64,000 bases of DNA from the human T2T-CHM13v2.0 reference genome, Homo sapiens, in assembly GCF_009914755.1 (NCBI RefSeq), contig NC_060936.1, one strand, 5' to 3'. A program made the position numbers and the translations under genes. Positions 59,711 to 64,000 of the stretch are shown here, one piece after another (the first letter of the stretch is position 1; the number at the start of each line of letters is the position of its first letter). Under the pieces are notes generated by a model that made no database searches, had not been told where the DNA came from, and saw only the letters and a list, made by a program, of their open reading frames with translations.

Positions 59711-60239
59711 AGAGTTAGAGGAAGAGTTAGCCATGAGAAATGGTGGTGACACAGGTTCCAAAAGAAGAAACAATAGGTATCAGGCTCAGAGATGAAAGGT
59801 CTAGAAGGAGGACACACCAAGTTCAAGGTCTGGCCTTTCTCGAGGGCAGTGGGGAGCCATGGGAGGTTAGCAAGATCCCATCTTCTTCATCCCTGGGCCT
59901 CACCCCATGGGCAGGAGGGAAATGGCAGGAAGTTGTCTTTGTGTCTCCCCAGGAGCCTGGACCTGTGGCCTTCCCTGCCTCCACCTGGGCCTCAACCGTC
60001 ACGACCACCTGGCCTTTGAGGTAGGGTTTGGAGAAGGAAGTCAGCCTATTATCAGGAGAAGGCTTGAATTTCTATATTCATAGCTTGTTTCTGTCACTTA
60101 CTAGCCTTGTGATCATGGGCAACTTGTCTAATCTCTGTCCCTCAGTTTCCTCCTTTGTAAAATAGGTCTCATAGAACTCATCCCCAAAAGTCCTTGTGAA
60201 GATTTAGTTTGTAAGCCAGATGTCTGCAGACCTCCAGTA

Positions 60240-60373
60240 AAAGAATATGTTTTTGGTATTAGTATGTATGTCCCAAATATTGCTTGGAATATGCTTATAC
60301 AAACAAAAATCATTTGTTTTTTATCTGAAATTCAAATTTACCTGGATGTCCTGTATTTTATCTGGAAACCCTA
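60240..60373. mobile_element. MER53, partial second copy
   Basis: gtatgtcccaaatattgcttggaatatgcttatac...ttatctgaaattcaaatttacctggatgtcctgtattttatctggaaacccta. Confidence 0.72.
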
Positions 60374-60713
60374 CACAGAAATCAAATGGCTCACGCTGTG
60401 TCTCAGAGCTGCAACGATCCAACGCCCTCCATCCTTCAGAGGCTGTCTGAGTCCGGGGACACAACTCCCACCCTCCTCTCCTGCCAGCCGCGGCCGGTGG
60501 CTGCTCTCTTCACTTCGTCCCGCTTCGCCCCGACTGTGGATCTACCCGCTCCCTTCTCCCTCAGTCCCCAAAGCACCAGACTCACAGGCCTGCTGTGTGA
60601 CCCACTTTTACCGACCTTTCGGGGAGAGTAGAGGGCATTTGTGACTCAGCTCAGAGCAGGAAACACATCTCACGTCAACTGTCAGACAGCGCTGCTCCGA
60701 ATCCCATCACAGT

Positions 60714-60732
60714 GCTCCAGCAGGGGGCGTCC
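60714..60732 (+). promoter_or_regulatory. CTCF consensus site
   Basis: gctCCAGCAGGGGGCGtcc matches the core CCASYAGRKGGCR, within a locally CpG-enriched non-repeat patch (~60480-60820). Confidence 0.7.
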
Positions 60733-61192
60733 TCACCGGCCGCGGCCACAGCCACGGCTCAACCCGGCCTAGCTCCCAGACACCCTCCTTCCACCGCCTG
60801 TTTTCCACCGTCCCCGCCTGCTCTTTCAAGCCAGCAGCAAACAACACCCTAATCCGTGTCTTTATTATTCAAAGACCTTAAGCACTCTTTCCCACCTCGT
60901 TCCCATCTTGATTATTTCAGGGAATGAATTAGGGATTCACCTTTACAATCAAAAAAGTTCTCTCAAAGCCAGGCTACTGGAGTTCTAATTCTGCCTTCCC
61001 ACTTTTACTAGCTGTGAAATCTCAGGAAAGTTACTTAACCTCTCTCTGTCTCATTTTCCTCATCTTTAAAAAACAGGATGATAATATTTAGCTCCTAAGA
61101 TGGTTGTGAGGATTTAAGTGAGCTGATATATCCAAGAATGTCTAGAACAGCGCGTGGCAGAATGGGCATTGCATATGGGTTTAATCTTGTAA

Positions 61193-61915
61193 CTGCCATG
61201 TTTCACCAATTCTAAGGTGTATCTCGTTTCTCATCATAAGAGCTCTTCCGCTCGTGTGGCAGCTGGGAGTGGCCGTCATTGCCTGCGCATACCTAAACTT
61301 GGTCAGGTGAGTTCCGTGCCTTCAGCTTAATTGCTGTTTAAAATGTCTTCAAAAAGGTTACACTGTGGTTTAGCATTTAAACCCAGTTACTGTGTATGCA
61401 GAAAGGCGGGCAAACAGAAGAGTGTAGCAAGAATTTTATATTAGTGAAGCAGTTATCATTGAAGAATGACCACAGTTTCATATTTTCTTGCAAAACAGCA
61501 GCCAAGTGTTTTGTGAGACCTAAGAAAGGAAGAGCCCCATAAGTAAATGGAACTGTTGTGTTGTTTTATTACCGAGAAAAGGGCAGAATGATTGCTAGTC
61601 ACACGTGAAGCAAGAAAACCCCGGCAATAAAGCTTGCAGAATGAGTGGCTGAGGCTTGAAAATAAATGGTGGAAACAATAGTGGACAATCTTTTAAAGAA
61701 TGGCACATTGCCAATGCTCCTGATGGCACAGAAGGTGACACCATGCAGAAAATCAAGGCTCTGAGTCAAAGAGGGTTTCAGAAAAATTGGACTCTGAATG
61801 TGAAGAAATCTGGGGACTATTTTAGCCAATTTGTTTTGCCTATAATTTCCTTTTATGCATGCAAAAGAGCAATTCTGACTTTAAAGACTGATATCTAAAT
61901 AAATCTAAAATATCT
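61193..61915 (+). mobile_element. pogo/Tigger-class DNA transposon, internally deleted
   Basis: ATG at 61343 reads MSSKRLH...; distal frame ...SFKEWHIANAPDGTEGD resembles the DDE_1 C-terminal SFKKCxIxNAxDGTEDD motif. Confidence 0.65.
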
Positions 61916-61929
61916 TTTTTGTGTGTGTG

Positions 61930-62540
<611 letters not shown>

Positions 62541-63432
62541 CTCATCTTAACCATTTTTAAGTGCACAGTTCAGTGGCATTAAGCACATTCACATTGCTGT
62601 GAATTCATCAGCAATTTTTGTCATGTTCTAATTAATAGTGCATGATAGATGCATAGACTTCCTAAGAAACAGTGTAGTGGCCATTGTAGAAAAAATGCAG
62701 CCATCCCTGCAGGTGAGCAGAGCTGCCAGCCAGAAGCACAGCCAAGCCCCGCCAGCTTTGATGAGAACACCTTCTTCCTCCCTGGCATGAAGGGAAAGTC
62801 AAATGCAAACACAGGCACGAGCCGTGTCATCGTTGGCCCCTTCCCCTCCTCCCAGACTAGGGGCCAGATCAGAATGTGAGTCCTGACTACTATTGTAAGC
62901 TGTGCGGCAGGTCACACTCTCTCTGGAATTCATGTTCTCATCATGGAAACTGAAATCCACAGGCAAGATGATCTCTAAGATCCCATTAGCTTCTAAATGT
63001 ATGATTGTGTAACTGAACAACCACACAAGACACACACCACAAACATATGCAAATTCGGGTTGGGTCTTTGTGGGCTCCAAGGAGAAGCTGTCACACCTAT
63101 CCTGGTGTATTGGGAAGCAAGAGATTTTTACCCGACTGGGTTAGGAGTGGTTCTTCCCAGAATCAAGGGTCAGTAGGCCACTCTGTCAAGATCGTGAATA
63201 CCTTGACCAAAGGAGAGACCAGAAAGGGTGTGTGGCCCATCCGAGAGCACACAGCAACTAAATGGTTGGGTGTGGATTTAGAAGCCACTGTCACAGCTTC
63301 AGTTCACATGAGGCCCAAGGAGAAGGTTTTCCAGGAACCCCTGAGACTCAGTCCTGAACTTGGCCAGTTGGGGTGGACAGTATATCCGAAGGTCAGGAGA
63401 AGTGATACATGAAACCACAAAAGAAAGGAGTA

Positions 63433-63684
63433 GGCCAGGCACGGTGGCTCACGCCTGTAATCCCAGCACTTTGGGAGGTCGAGGCAGGTGGATCACAAGG
63501 TCAGGAGTTTGAGACCAGCCTGGCCAATATGGTGAAATCCCATGTCTACTAAAAAAAAATACAAAAAGTAGTCGGGCATGGTGGCATGTGCCTGTAATCC
63601 CAGCTACTCAGGAAGCTGAGGCGACAGAATTGCTTGAACCTGGGAGGTGGAAGTTGCAGTGAGCTGAGCCACTGCACTCCAGCA
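63433..63684 (+). mobile_element. AluS, 3'-truncated
   Basis: Alu ends abruptly at cactgcactccagc with no A tail. Confidence 0.88.
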
Positions 63685-64000
63685 GTGGGGAAGGCATGTT
63701 CCCTGGGTGGGGGCAGAGGCACACCCCAGCCAGACCCCTCTGAGTCCTTGTCTCTTCCTATGTGCAGAGTCTGGAGGTGGGCCCCAGATGCCCTTTATAT
63801 GACAGGGGTTGGGGTCCCCCTCTCCGTCGATCTTCTCCCGGAGGACCCAGAATGCCTGAAGTTGGGAGGGATGGCTGAGGGAAGAGTGCCAGGGCACCAG
63901 GTGTCTATGTGTCAGGCCAGAAGTTAGGCACTGGAAATACACAGGAGAACAAACCCCACAGGAATCCCTGCTCTTTTGGAACATCACTTCTGTATGGGTA

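Overview
Human-type (primate) genomic DNA, rich in Alu, MIR, L2 and L1 repeats; not prokaryotic. Positions ~2.4-18.9 kb carry FAIM2 (Lifeguard/LFG2/TMBIM2, Bax inhibitor-1 family) on the minus strand. I traced 11 coding exons by hand with canonical GT-AG junctions and consistent phases. They give 801 nt = 267 codons (MTQGK...GAGVFTL); the last coding exon lies off the left edge. A CpG-island promoter sits at ~18.6-19.2 kb. The remaining ~45 kb has no protein-coding gene I can support. It is repeat-dense intergenic DNA (about 30 Alus/Alu fragments, an MST LTR, hAT/Tigger/pogo fossils, old L1 and L2) with a strong CTCF motif at ~60.7 kb. From memory of human 12q13, AQP2 lies just beyond the right edge and lincRNAs are annotated in between, but I cannot verify either here. 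I found no new multi-gene system. The best leads concern FAIM2 regulation: (i) a perfect-Kozak ATG in intron 2 with a phase-matched donor, which could give an isoform lacking the PPxY and LIR-like motifs; (ii) two upstream ORFs, one ending in an AUGA stop/start overlap with the main ATG. There are also several retrotransposition and duplication oddities. Repeat boundaries and subfamily names are by-eye estimates.
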